A stretch of DNA of 63,264 bases, filler included, from Stramenopiles sp. TOSAG23-2 (GCA_900128395.1; 28 parts of 28 records of this genome joined end to end with filler, not necessarily neighbours in it); one strand, 5' to 3'. Counted from the whole stretch's first letter, positions 1 to 12,021 are shown. The notes: a model not told the origin generated them from the sequence alone. Translations and numbers: made by a program.

Positions 1-460
1 CCAGAAAGAAAGGAGAATTGATGTATTAAAAATATGCTAATAATAGTGAATATAATTGACTTCATGACAACATTCCAAAAATAATATATATATATATGTA
101 TGTATACAATGAATATATAGTATATAGTCTGTTTATAGAAATTAAACAACACAATGGTATACATGTTATTCGCATGCGTATTCATTGCCAGATTGTATAT
201 ATTTATTGGAAAAAAAGATCAATATGTAGTAGGATAAATATGGTTGTACCGAGGTTTTAGTAGTCGTTTATAGCGGCTATTTGCATTACACAAAGGAAGA
301 AAACACACAACATCAACAACAAACAACAACAAACAAAAAACTTGTTATTATTCTGGTGGATATATATAAAATAAATAAATGTATATCAACTTGTTTTATT
401 GGATTTAAAGGAATTAGTTTATATTATTTACCACCAATATATATATATATATATGTAATC

Positions 461-1891
461 ATGTTATCAACAAAACTTTTATTTATATTGCTGTTGTTGT
501 CACTTTCATCATTTACTGTACATTCAATAACATGTACAATTACAACAGAAGATAATTCATTACAACTATCCAATACATGTGAAATTCCAAGTAAAACAGC
601 AAATACAAAAAAAAATCCAAGTGCTAATTGGGAAATACATGTTGACGATAGTAAATACCTTCAAACAATACGAGGATTTGGAGCTGCATGGACAGATGCT
701 ACAGTAAATGTTTTTGACACTTTATCTTCAACTAATGCAAGCAATTTAATGAAAGATTTATTTGACCCAACAAATCAAAATAGTATTAAATTATCATTAA
801 TGCGACATACAGTTGGACAATCTGATTTAACACCATCTTCACTAGGACAATGGAGTTATGATGAAAATGGTGGGAGACCAGACGATTCGAAATTATCTCA
901 TTTTGGATTGACAGATCCCGGAAATCGCATGGTAGACTGGATAACAAAAATGTATTCGTATAACCCAAACATTACGTTATTTGGATCCGTATGGAGTCCG
1001 CCAACATGGATGAAATATAATGAAAATAATACATTAATTCCAAAATTATATTCATCATGGGTTGAATATATGCTTAAATATCTTCAAGCATTTAAAGACA
1101 AAGGAGTTGATGTTGATGGAATTACTTTACAAAATGAACCGTTACATTCAGGAGATCCAGCGTGGACAACTTCCATGAGTGCAAAAGTACAAGTTGAACT
1201 TGCTAATTTAATTTTACCAAAGTTGGGAAAAACAAAAATTTATGCATACGATCATAATACTGATCGTCCAGATTATCCCCAATATGTGATTGATAATACA
1301 AATATAACAACAGTTGCGTGGCATTGCTATGCAGCAGCTCTTAACAATGAGGAAAGATGGAGTCCCTTGTCTAAATTTCGTATAAAAAATCCAGATATTG
1401 AACAAATTATGACAGAATGCTGGACACATTTAAATACGGGTGAGCATTTTTTTGATTTATCGACTTTTATTAGCCGACCTGTTACACATGGCGCTAGTGG
1501 AGCGTTAGCATGGACCTTGGGGGGATCAACGAGATATGATGTCAGTTTTAATGATGGATGTAAACAATGTTCTGGTTTAGTTCAAATCGATCGTGAAACT
1601 GGTGAGGTTTTCAAAACAAGCGATTATTATACTATTGGACAATTTTCAAAATTTGTCTCTCCAGGGGATCGTGTATATAATGTTACTGTAGGTAATTGGG
1701 ATTATTTTGATGGAACTGGAGTTCATACAAATGTATTTGATGTTCAAGGTGAAGGTAATCAAATTATAATTGTAATTCAAAATTTAATTCATAATGATTT
1801 AATGATCCAAGTTAATTTTGATAGTAGGAATATTTCATATTTAGGTAAAGTTCCTGGTAGATCCATTGTTACATGGACAGTAGAAGTGTAG
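461..1891 (+). CDS. Secreted glycoside hydrolase family 30 (endo-beta-1,6-glucanase / glucosylceramidase-like)
   Basis: Signal peptide MLSTKLLFILLLLSLSSFTVHS from ATG 461; QTIRGFGAAWTDA; TLQNEP acid/base motif; YAYDHNTD; MTECWT nucleophile motif; YYTIGQFSKFV. Confidence 0.9.
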   Translation: MLSTKLLFILLLLSLSSFTVHSITCTITTEDNSLQLSNTCEIPSKTANTKKNPSANWEIHVDDSKYLQTIRGFGAAWTDATVNVFDTLSSTNASNLMKDLFDPTNQNSIKLSLMRHTVGQSDLTPSSLGQWSYDENGGRPDDSKLSHFGLTDPGNRMVDWITKMYSYNPNITLFGSVWSPPTWMKYNENNTLIPKLYSSWVEYMLKYLQAFKDKGVDVDGITLQNEPLHSGDPAWTTSMSAKVQVELANLILPKLGKTKIYAYDHNTDRPDYPQYVIDNTNITTVAWHCYAAALNNEERWSPLSKFRIKNPDIEQIMTECWTHLNTGEHFFDLSTFISRPVTHGASGALAWTLGGSTRYDVSFNDGCKQCSGLVQIDRETGEVFKTSDYYTIGQFSKFVSPGDRVYNVTVGNWDYFDGTGVHTNVFDVQGEGNQIIIVIQNLIHNDLMIQVNFDSRNISYLGKVPGRSIVTWTVEV

Positions 1892-2174
1892 AAAGTTTTC
1901 TATTAAAACATCTGTTTTTTGATTTTTTTATATATTAGTCTATTTATTTATAAAAGAATAAGTTATGCATATTAATTATACTCTATTATTTTTATTTTTT
2001 ATATATAATTTATACTTAAAATTATTTATTAATACTCGTATATAATATACGTATATATATAAAAAAAAATTTTCAATTTGCTCTCCGTATACACAAATTC
2101 TCTTTCTGCCCCCCTCATATACCTATTCTATAATTAACTACTTCTTTCTACTACCTCCTTTTCTTTTCGATCGA

Positions 2175-2274
2175 NNNNNNNNNNNNNNNNNNNNNNNNNN
2201 NNNNNNNNNNNNNNNNNNTTAATTAATTAANNNNNNNNNNNNNNNNNNNNNNNNNNNNNNNNNNNNNNNNNNNN
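2175..2274. other. Artificial 100-bp contig spacer N44-TTAATTAATTAA-N44 (first of 27 in the window)
   Basis: The same spacer recurs every ~2.25-2.27 kb. The core gives stop codons in all six frames, and the intervening segments shrink from ~2174 to 2149 bp. Confidence 0.98.
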
Positions 2275-2627
2275 GCATTATGATTTCTTAAAAATTCAGC
2301 TCCTTCATAGATATTTAAATCAGTAGGATTAGGATCAACGTTTGAAAATATTTGTACATGTATATCCTTATTTTTATTTGTTTTCAAAATAGATTCAACC
2401 TCTTTAATAATGTTTGTATTTGCTACTAAATCTCGATCTGTCACTATTAATGGTCTCGTTGACGATATTGATTCTAATATTGCTGGCAGTTCTTGTATTC
2501 TTCCATTTCCAAACATAACAGGCAATGGAAAGCCCCATTCACCATTCATAGAAGAGAATGAGAATGCTTGGAAAGATGCATGCTTATATATATTATGTTT
2601 CACTAATGTTGTACCAAATCGAAACAT
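2275..2627 (-). CDS. Iron-containing alcohol dehydrogenase family, N-terminal fragment with probable mitochondrial presequence
   Basis: WGFPLPVMFGNGRIQELP, RPLIVTD and FSNVDPNPT are typical Fe-ADH N-terminal motifs. Truncated by the contig edge. Confidence 0.85.
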
Positions 2628-2972
2628 GTTGGTTTTTGTTCATTTATTTTGTACCTATCACACAATACGTTTATTGGTGTTGTGACTTTCGTATTTTATT
2701 TTTGATTTATTTATATGTATGTGTGTGTGTGTGTATTACTTTTTGTTATTATATTATTAGCACATTATATTACATGTATTACTTCGAAAGTAGTATAGAA
2801 GAGTGTATATTATTAATTAAAAAACTGTTGTTGTTTATTATTATTATTATTAATAATAATATAATATTAATACCATCGATTACAATATATATATACGCAT
2901 ATATCAGCTAATACCATCTTTAACACGAATATAACCATCACATGTTCTATTAAACGTATAATAATAACCAAC

Positions 2973-4223
2973 ATGCCAAAAAATAAAAGAAAAAGTCAAA
3001 GAAAAACATATATAGTAGAGGAAGAAGATGGCGTTGTTGTTCTCGAGGAATTCATTACTTCTCCAAGTGCTATATTATTTGTCGTTTTTATTGCAATTTT
3101 ATTTACAATATTAACAAGCCCTAAATTATATACATATCTATTAAGTATAGTAACGTCCAGCGTTCATATGATACTGTCTATCATTATATCAATGTTCAAA
3201 ACAAAGGTTGTTAGTACGGTAGATAACAATGATAATCATATGGAATCACCAAATGATGTTATTACAGAGCGTTTTAAAGCATTTAATAAAGCCATTGAGT
3301 TATCAGGACAAAAAGATTATAAAAATGCTTTGCCATGGTTTGAAACAACCAATGTTACAATCGATGGAAAATTGCCAACAAATGATGTACTGAATACAGA
3401 ATGGGGAAATGCATATTATTTTATTTACAAAGATTCTATAATGTCAAGTAACAATAATAATGCGATGGATGATAAGAACAACAACGATATTGACGATAAT
3501 AATATTAATAGTAGCAGTAAAAATGATAAAAAATCACTTCAAAAAGCAATACAACACTATAAGAAAGCTGTTGAAATAAATGAAAATTCTTTTAGTGCTA
3601 TTGGTAATCTGGCAGAGATTTACATGCGATATTATACATATAAAAATAACGAAAGTGGAACATCAACAGAATCTGATGGGAAAAAGAACATCGATGAAAT
3701 GACCGTTGTGAAAGAATTATTGGATAAATTAATTGAAATACGAAATATATGTGAACCACATCGACAGGTTGGTAAAAAAAATAAATTGGAACCTCCAAGT
3801 TTTTGTAAAGATATTAAAGAAAATAAGGAAGAATTTAGCGAAACAATACGTAAATCATTTATAATGAAGGCTGAATTATTTTTCAATGAAGAGAAATTTA
3901 TAGAAGCAGAAGCATTTTTAAAACAAGCTGCGAAAATAAGGCAATCATTGGATGTATATGAAAAATTTGGACTTGTGTATGAAAAATTAAACAAATTTAA
4001 ATTAGCCTATACATATTATTCAAAATGTAAAGCAAATATTAAATTTTGTAAAGAAAGGTGTTCATTTCTAGATAAAGTGGGAAAAAAAGCTGCGAATGAA
4101 AAATCAAAATCATTGATAAGCGATAAGGAAACCTACGAGAAGGATGATAATAATGTAAAAAAAGATAATAAATCGAAAAGAAAGAAGAAAAAGAAAAAGA
4201 AGAAAAAGAAGAAGAAAAATTAA
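2973..4223 (+). CDS. Membrane-anchored TPR-like repeat protein with poly-Lys C-terminus
   Basis: N-terminal hydrophobic segments; TPR-like helices (WGNAYY..KAIQHYKKAVEIN..AIGNLAEIY; YEKFGLVYEKLNKFKLAYTYY); ends KRKKKKKKKKKKKN. Confidence 0.65.
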   Translation: MPKNKRKSQRKTYIVEEEDGVVVLEEFITSPSAILFVVFIAILFTILTSPKLYTYLLSIVTSSVHMILSIIISMFKTKVVSTVDNNDNHMESPNDVITERFKAFNKAIELSGQKDYKNALPWFETTNVTIDGKLPTNDVLNTEWGNAYYFIYKDSIMSSNNNNAMDDKNNNDIDDNNINSSSKNDKKSLQKAIQHYKKAVEINENSFSAIGNLAEIYMRYYTYKNNESGTSTESDGKKNIDEMTVVKELLDKLIEIRNICEPHRQVGKKNKLEPPSFCKDIKENKEEFSETIRKSFIMKAELFFNEEKFIEAEAFLKQAAKIRQSLDVYEKFGLVYEKLNKFKLAYTYYSKCKANIKFCKERCSFLDKVGKKAANEKSKSLISDKETYEKDDNNVKKDNKSKRKKKKKKKKKKKKN

Positions 4224-4548
4224 AAATTATTATACCCGACATTATTATTCTCTTATGATACTCTCATATTTAATATATTACTAAAAAAAGAGTATGATAT
4301 ATAATATAATCTATTACCCATGTAAACGGAAAGTGCCAAAATCGGCAGGTCTGTGATTTTTATGATGTATTTTTGCTGTCGTCATAATTCTAATAATGGC
4401 ACGTTGCAATGCATCGGACAGAATGTAAATGTAAAAGTAACATTAACTNNNNNNNNNNNNNNNNNNNNNNNNNNNNNNNNNNNNNNNNNNNNTTAATTAA
4501 TTAANNNNNNNNNNNNNNNNNNNNNNNNNNNNNNNNNNNNNNNNNNNN

Positions 4549-4931
4549 ATGACTTGAGAAAATTATGGGACAACAAAAGCAAATGGCAAAAACTTGTAAG
4601 GGCGGCACATATTAAAAATGCAAAACGTTTTGCTTATACAATGTATGGTGTGATGATTTTAATTACATTGCTGTATTATGGAACAAGGTATTTATCAAAC
4701 GAATCAATTGAATTATATTTGTTTTTGCCTGTGTTACTTCTCTATATTATGGCAGTCACGTGGTCTCGGCTCCTTGTATTGGGGAATCGAATTAAGTACC
4801 ACATAATGATAATGATAACTATCTTATGTATGGCAATTTTCTGGTTTCCAATTGGTTATGAATTATTTATTTTAAAATACAGATTTGATTGGAAGCTTCA
4901 TGGCATTTTCTTGGGAGCATTGTCATGCTAA
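4549..4931 (+). CDS. Multi-pass membrane protein fragment, unknown family
   Basis: ORF near the contig edge with three hydrophobic helices; no family motif recognised. Confidence 0.35.
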
Positions 4932-5235
4932 ACGTATAATAAAATCTTCACGTAACCACCATTATTGGACAGTAGGAGTGGTGTTTAGATCGGATCCTCT
5001 CTAGTGGTGTTATTGGTAGTTATAATGTCAGCATATTATAGCTTTTATAATACATGTGAATAGCATTAGCTCGACGGATCCATCGCGGTTTAAGGTTTAT
5101 TATTGCATGCTGCTAAAAGGCATGCACTGGCCTGTGTAGAGATCGTGAGATCGTCTCCTCTCTCTCTATAGAAGAAATGTGTGAAAAATAATGTGTGTGT
5201 GTGTGTGAACCAATAAATAATATCTTAAGTTTTTT

Positions 5236-6722
5236 TTAATAAAAATCATTCCAATTTGTTCCATCATATCCCTGATGTTTATTAGTTGTTGTATTAAAAA
5301 TAACCATTCCAGCTTCTGCTGTTAATAGATCTCTTCCTGCTGTTGTTAATCTTGGAGATAATAATACTCGTATATTAGTTGAATTAATAATTCCAATATT
5401 ATTTACGTTAACATTCTTGTTGTCGCCGGGTATGTTAGGGCTGGTAACTGGTGAATTGGGCGATATGTGGTGCATGACATTTCTGCAATGATTAGTACTT
5501 ATGCCATTTTCATAGCAGCTGAAACAATCTGAATTCCAGGAATCAACTGGCGGGGACCATGAATTTAATTTTATTTTTTTAATTCGGTGCTCATTGTTAT
5601 TGGGATCGCTATCGCTACATCTTTCTTTACTCTGACTACGGTCAAATTTAACACCATTATTGCCACTATCCCTACTATGTTTTTCCGTCTCTTTTTCCTT
5701 TTTTTTGTATTTTTTTTGTTGTTCAAAATGTTCGATATATTTATCGTCGACACTTTTTTCTGGAACGGCAGCAGCAGCCTCAATTGTCGTTATCGTATCA
5801 GTAGTAGTAGTTGTTGTTGTTGTTGCTGTTGCAATAGTTGGCGTTGATGATGTTATTTTGTCCGCATTTATACTTGTGCAATTATTATCACTGTACTCTT
5901 TTATTTTAGCTCTTAATTTTATTATCTTTTGTTTCTTATTTACAATTTGTTGATTGTTATTTTGACTTTTTTGTTGTAATTGTATTCCCCGCAATAAAAC
6001 ATGCGACGTCCATTTCTTCTTCTTCTCTGCACTGGTTTTGCTTTGGTCTTTTTCTAAACGATTCGCACCTTCAAATAGAACATGCGTCTTCTTCTTCTCC
6101 TCCTGGTTTACCATTACCTTAATGCCACTGTCTTGCCCACTACTTCTACTATTGGAACTAGAAATACCAAGACTACTAAAGCTACTGGAACGACCGTTTT
6201 TAGTCGGGACTGCGTCGAATGATGTGACGGTAAATCCAGCGATAATTGTTTTCTCGGCATTAATGTCATCGCCATCAACAGCAATAAGATCCTGTCTTTT
6301 TTTTCTCCTACGACGTTTATCCCAACCCACTGGGCGCCTCTCAAATGTTATTTCTACCGGTCTACCTATAGATTTCACACAGCCAACTACTTTGCCTATT
6401 GAAGTAAATTGACCATCCATTTTGGTTTCCCCAACTTGACGAACAATGTCACCAGGCTTGAGTTTTGCTCTTTCATGACTATCTGTATCGATAATATTTT
6501 GAAACTCTCTATCAATTGCAGAACAAGTGACCACTTTTCCACCCGCGATTCTCGTTTCAGTCAAAATCAAGCCTAAGCGAGCACCACGAAATGTTACTTT
6601 GACGAATGTTGACTTTTCAATCTCATCTTCTTCTTCTATTGCTATTGCTGCTGTTCCATCCTCATCCACGTCCATTTTTTCTTCTTTATTTTCACCATCA
6701 TTCCCATTCTTATTCAAGTTTA
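5236..6722 (-). CDS. Low-complexity protein with PDZ-like domain, C/H-rich motif and phage-like C-terminal peptide (5' truncated)
   Basis: 493-aa ORF. VTFRGARLGLIL...LKPGDIVRQVG...IGRPVEITFER resembles a PDZ-like fold; CFSCYENGISTNHCRNVMHH; ends PRLTTAGRDLLTAEAGMVIFNTTTNKHQGYDGTNWNDFY. Confidence 0.6.
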
Positions 6723-6822
6723 NNNNNNNNNNNNNNNNNNNNNNNNNNNNNNNNNNNNNNNNNNNNTTAATTAATTAANNNNNNNNNNNNNNNNNNNNNN
6801 NNNNNNNNNNNNNNNNNNNNNN

Positions 6823-6983
6823 ATATTTGATAGAGAGGTATTGGATGTTACAAAAAATCGGATATTCTTAGTTTATTCATCAAAATAACTATTGGCTGTT
6901 TTTGGATTTTTTGTAATATCCAATACCTCTCTATCAAATATACATAAATTAGTATACTAAATTAGTACTTAAATTAACTGCCA
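6823..6983. mobile_element. Fold-back / MITE-like repeat: 37-bp inverted arms (6823-6859, 6905-6941) with right arm extending to 6983
   Basis: The arms are reverse complements with 1 mismatch. 6927-6983 matches 22554-22610 in reverse complement at 54/57 nt. Confidence 0.6.
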
Positions 6984-7320
6984 TTTTGAAATCCACTAAC
7001 AATCCTGATCATTTACAAGGAATAGTAGAGCTAGTCGTCCCTCGATATGGTGATCTTATTTAGACTAATAATTATTGTACTTAGATATGATGATATTTCA
7101 GTATCGAATTCCGGATTAACAAGGTACACGGTACTGGTTAATGAACAAATATAACCAGTGCTGTGTAGGCGCACCACTTTTTTGGACCCTTGAAGCGGCG
7201 AAGAGCGGCAAATCCATATTTTAATTTGAATCAGGTGCTTCTTAGGCGGCCAGGGCGGCTATCCGGCTGGCAAATTAAATCCACCTTAACCTTTTTCCAC
7301 CTGTTGTGTGCATCCTGGCA

Positions 7321-8995
7321 TTAGCATCCACCATCCATCATCATCAAAAAATATAAATAATATGATGATGAAAATAATAATAATAATGCAGCAGCAGCTC
7401 TGTGAGCAACAGGGCTTGGTTTTGCATATATATTAAGTGCTTTATTTGCAACTTCTACATCCCAAGGTGTTGGCCTTGCACGGAGATCTTTTTCAAATTG
7501 ATTGGACAAATTAGCATCAAAAACAGGTTTATATAGTACCGTTTCAACCAAACCTCCCCGTCCTCGTTTTTTTTTTATTACTTGTTCCCAAGTAGGTTTT
7601 GGTTTTTCGGGAATATGCAACGTATCAAACCCCCAATTTTCTTGCGTTTTAAAGTCCTTCATGTTCTCATCGTTTTTATTGAATAGCCCTGACTCGTTAC
7701 TTTGAGAAATAAAACGGGAGAGTGTACTATTTAAAATACTACTGAAACGACGTTGAGTCATTGCTGATGTTTGTCCCACTTTGTCCAACTTTAAATTAAA
7801 TTGCGCTCCAATTTTCATGGTATTGTTCGATGATTTTCTTTTAGCTGCCTCCAAAGTAGGCTCCGCAATATATTTGATATCCTCTTCATTAACTCCACTA
7901 ATATTTGCAACTAAAACAACGTTTGAATCAGTAATTTTATCATGGCTACCTTCAGTTACTTTAATACCATTATCATATACAGTAAATTTTATTGAATTTG
8001 TTTTCGTCCAAATAAGTTGGTTGTACTTATCGTTTATTTCCATATTATTGTTATTACTAATCGTATCATCAACATTACTTTTTTTTTTTGCTTTTTTTTC
8101 GTTGAAAAAAAGGATGATAATGTTTTTGGTTTTTTAGTACTACTGCTGCTGCTGCTGCTGTTACTATTAGCACTACTACTACCACCACCACCGACAGAAT
8201 TTGGTACATATCTACTTTTTCTTCGGTTTAGAATATCATCTATACGTAAGCCATTAAAAACTATTTCGACTTCATCTCTATCAACGTACGATGGGCTTTT
8301 TGAAAGGACAATGTCGTCATCGCCAGTACGGTCAACATTTGGACGGATAAGTATAAAATGCTTGTCATTTTTCCACAAAGCGTTTTGAGCAATCGATCCG
8401 CGACAACTCATACGTTCATATATTGAATTGTCCGACTTGCAAGATATTGAGTCATGCAACAAGTTTGTATTATAAACACCTATATCTTTTGGCCATTTTT
8501 TATACAATTTCCAATCTGAACCTGGTTTCTTTGCATCATAGTTCTTATGGGCCTTAAATATTCCCATTTGAATACGATAAGATTCGGTGGTCTCTTCAGA
8601 TTTTGATTCAATATCAAACTCACGAGATGGCATTACTGAACGAGTCTCCCAATTAATATTATCCGCGCCTTCAGAAAGTATAAAACGATATTTATATGGC
8701 AACGTCCCACGTTGTTTTTTTGGAAAAGGTCTTACTAAACATTTAATTCCACATTTTGTACTTCCAACTCTCAACGCGCCAATCATTATTTGCAAATCAG
8801 CACATGGTTTTCCATCTTCATCGCGTGCAATGTATGTGCAAATCCATTTCATTCGTTCACGTTCGATGTTTTTCAACATAAAATCGTACTGTCCAGTTGG
8901 GGCGTCGTCGCATTGAAAACACAATGCAGGCTCGACAAGTGACCATAATTTTATTTCAAATGCTGCTGGATCAATTCTAGTAATGCCCATTGGTT
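7321..8995 (-). CDS. Hypothetical protein split into two overlapping ORFs (8034-8990, 7321-8043), probably one gene with a frameshift in a poly-A run
   Basis: A one-base shift in the A-runs at ~8079-8099 replaces the short tail VMLMIRLVITIIWK* with KKSNVDDTISNNNN, which runs straight into MEINDK of the second ORF. Confidence 0.5.
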
Positions 8996-9095
8996 NNNNN
9001 NNNNNNNNNNNNNNNNNNNNNNNNNNNNNNNNNNNNNNNTTAATTAATTAANNNNNNNNNNNNNNNNNNNNNNNNNNNNNNNNNNNNNNNNNNNN

Positions 9096-11266
9096 TTTTA
9101 TAATATTATATCGAGGTGTGACAATTTTATTCTCGCGCCCCTCTTTTTTTTTTCTGCGATACAAATATATTTTCGTTTTTGAAAAATAGTTTTCAACACC
9201 ATGGAAATGATATTAAATATTATGCAATATTACATCTGCCTCTTTCATTCTTTAATTATAGTACAAAGATAGGATTTTGAAGTCTAGGGTGAGAGTTATG
9301 GAAAAATGCAGATTTTAAATAAATTTTTTATCACAGGTGTGACTTTGCAATAAAATTTAAAATATTGCAAAAAAATAATAATCACTTTTTTTCAATCCTT
9401 TTTTTTTTTTTTTAGTAAAGCGTGTAAACACAAATATTTCAGTCTATCATGTTTTGCAGATCTTCGCAGCCCTTCAAAACATTACACATTCATTCTTTAT
9501 ATATAAAAGAAGCAATCCTAAGTTTTATACAAAACTTGGAATCCATTTTCAAACATTCCATGGCCCATTTTCATTTTGTTCAAAATTGTCGCATCACTTT
9601 TTTCAAACTATTGTGTTCATTTTTAATATTTTTTTTTGGACAAAAAACAAAAATTGTGATAAATAGTAAAAATACTCTAAAAAACAAAGTTTTCAACCGA
9701 TTGACTTGATATAAAGTTTCAATTTCCTTTTTCAATAAGTATGAAAGGAATTAAAAGTATCCGGGACAGTTTTACATATGTATATCTATGTTTTTATGTA
9801 TATTTCTGTGTTTACATGCAATGTATATCTATATCAAGAAATTACTGTTCATACCTCTGTAATGCTATAGACCTGTTATTTCAGCTTTCGTCATGTACTA
9901 TGTTGACCCGACGCTTACTTTTTAGTAGATCCAAATCACCAAATCCACACTCACAATATACTAAAAATACACTTTCCTATTATATATATTTCTGTTGGTA
10001 GGACTTTTATGATGCGCTAATGAATTTTAAACAATCCTATACCATTTTCCCCACTCCACAACATATATTTACTGAGATAATGCAAATTTTCCATTTTTGC
10101 CAAGTTGGATTTTTCAAACGGCTGAAATCTAGCATGGAGATACTATTGGATTGAAAACACAAAAGTCAACCAAGATGAAAATAAATATAGTAAAATGTTT
10201 TCGATTGATACAAAGCCACGTAGATCGTTCATTGGATATGTAATCTGTGATCGTTTCATAGGAATAGTGAATTCGATGTTTATATAGATGTGTTATATGT
10301 GTTACCCTGATCGATGGTGATTCAAATACACTAGTTTTTACCTGAAATACCACCATGGTACTGCCATGCTAATTTTCATCAAGAATTAGGCTGATTTTTA
10401 TTGAAAAAGAGACTCAAAATATGAGTTGTACATAATCGATTGTGCTGCACTCAGGTTAAAATATGTAGTTATATGTAAAATGACCACAAACATTGTTATA
10501 TATATAAAATATCTCCAGTTGGCTTCAGTCTTGCAATTTGTTGCATTTTTGACCCTGAAAAAACCTGGATTTAGTGCTATTCCTATAGTAAGGCAAAATC
10601 CAATCGGGAAAATGTTTGTTGATAACCTAGTATGATTGAATCGTTCAAATTTAAATATTTTTATGCATAAATGGGCAAATAGATGTATTATGAACCTATT
10701 TGATGTAAGATTTGAAAAGTCTGTAGTTGAAAATGTTTTTTTCTACAAAAGCATTTTCTAAACGTTCCAGCGATGCTGGGAAAAATTAGCATTGATATAG
10801 CACCAAGCGCTAATTGCGCTGATTTCCATCTAAACAAATTGTAAAATAATTTGTACTAGTTTTGTATACTAACTCAAAATTATAAGGATACGATAGCATC
10901 AAAATGATAGGCGATAGAATGAAAACCATTTTTTCAGATAGAATCTAGAATCGTTGAATAAAACAGTACATTATGGAAAAAGAAATAGTAGTGGCAATAT
11001 TCGGTTTTTTTCATTATAAAGATATATAAAAATAGCCATGTCATTAAATCTAAAACGTTTCCTATTATATTCAAGCATAAATCATCCTATTAATGTTAAA
11101 AATTCCAGAATGTTTTCCCAAAAAAACCCAAATCTGGAAATGTACCTTGAAATAAAATTTAAAACGGTACACAATGGAAACAGAAAAATGAGGTCGAAGC
11201 ACAAAAAAACTAAAAAAAGAGGGGCGCGAGAATAAAATTGTCACACCTCGATATAATATTATAAAA
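9096..11266. mobile_element. Non-coding segment bounded by perfect 55-bp inverted repeats (candidate non-autonomous or decayed TIR DNA transposon)
   Basis: 9096-9150 (ttttataatattatatcgaggtgtgacaattttattctcgcgcccctcttttttt) is the exact reverse complement of 11212-11266. No long ORF lies inside. Confidence 0.6.
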
Positions 11267-12021
11267 NNNNNNNNNNNNNNNNNNNNNNNNNNNNNNNNNN
11301 NNNNNNNNNNTTAATTAATTAANNNNNNNNNNNNNNNNNNNNNNNNNNNNNNNNNNNNNNNNNNNNTTAATAATGGTGTGTATATGCTAGAAAATTGTAG
11401 TGAGTGCTGTGTTATGCTAGCTCGTGCCCATTCGACTACCCCTTATAGGATATATATGTTTAGAAGTTCCGTCCAATCTAATAAATCCACCAAAAAAACT
11501 GGAAAGAAATGTGATGCGTATATAAGCCTTTTAAAGTAGTTATTTCGGTTATTTTCAATATTTATATTCTATGATTAAGAATTATGGAATTCTTGGAATT
11601 GTAATAATTTTAAAAAAAAAAATAGTTGATTCTCACACTGAATAAAATTGTACATGTATTAAATACTGCCAGCTACGTACTGCCTACAGTAATATAAATG
11701 AACATTACACCAACAAACACTATTCTTTTTCACTCGTTCACTTTATTGCAAAGCACCCGTTTTGGATAAATTGTCTTGATATTTTTTATACATTTCTTTT
11801 CCCCATTTTGTTTTTGATTTTTAGTGGATCATACATTATTCTGTTCATTACAGATTTCAATCCCAATATTTTAGTCGCTAAATTTATGAAATGAAAGTTT
11901 AGGTGTTTTGCAGAGAGACACGTTTTAAAAAAATTCCATTAAAATTAAATCGGATATTTAAAATAACTAGAATTTAATAAATTAGATTAATAGTAATGAA
12001 ATGAATTAAAAGTTCTACAGT

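Noticed and set aside
281..460. N-terminal extension of the GH30 ORF (and the similar extension 56950-57048 of PDK)
   Set aside because: AT-rich UTR-like sequence with TA repeats; the signal or transit peptides begin at ATG 461 and 57049.
2219..2230. Regularly spaced TTAATTAATTAA palindrome as a biological repeat or CRISPR-like array
   Set aside because: Always embedded in N44 flanks; it is a synthetic six-frame stop linker.
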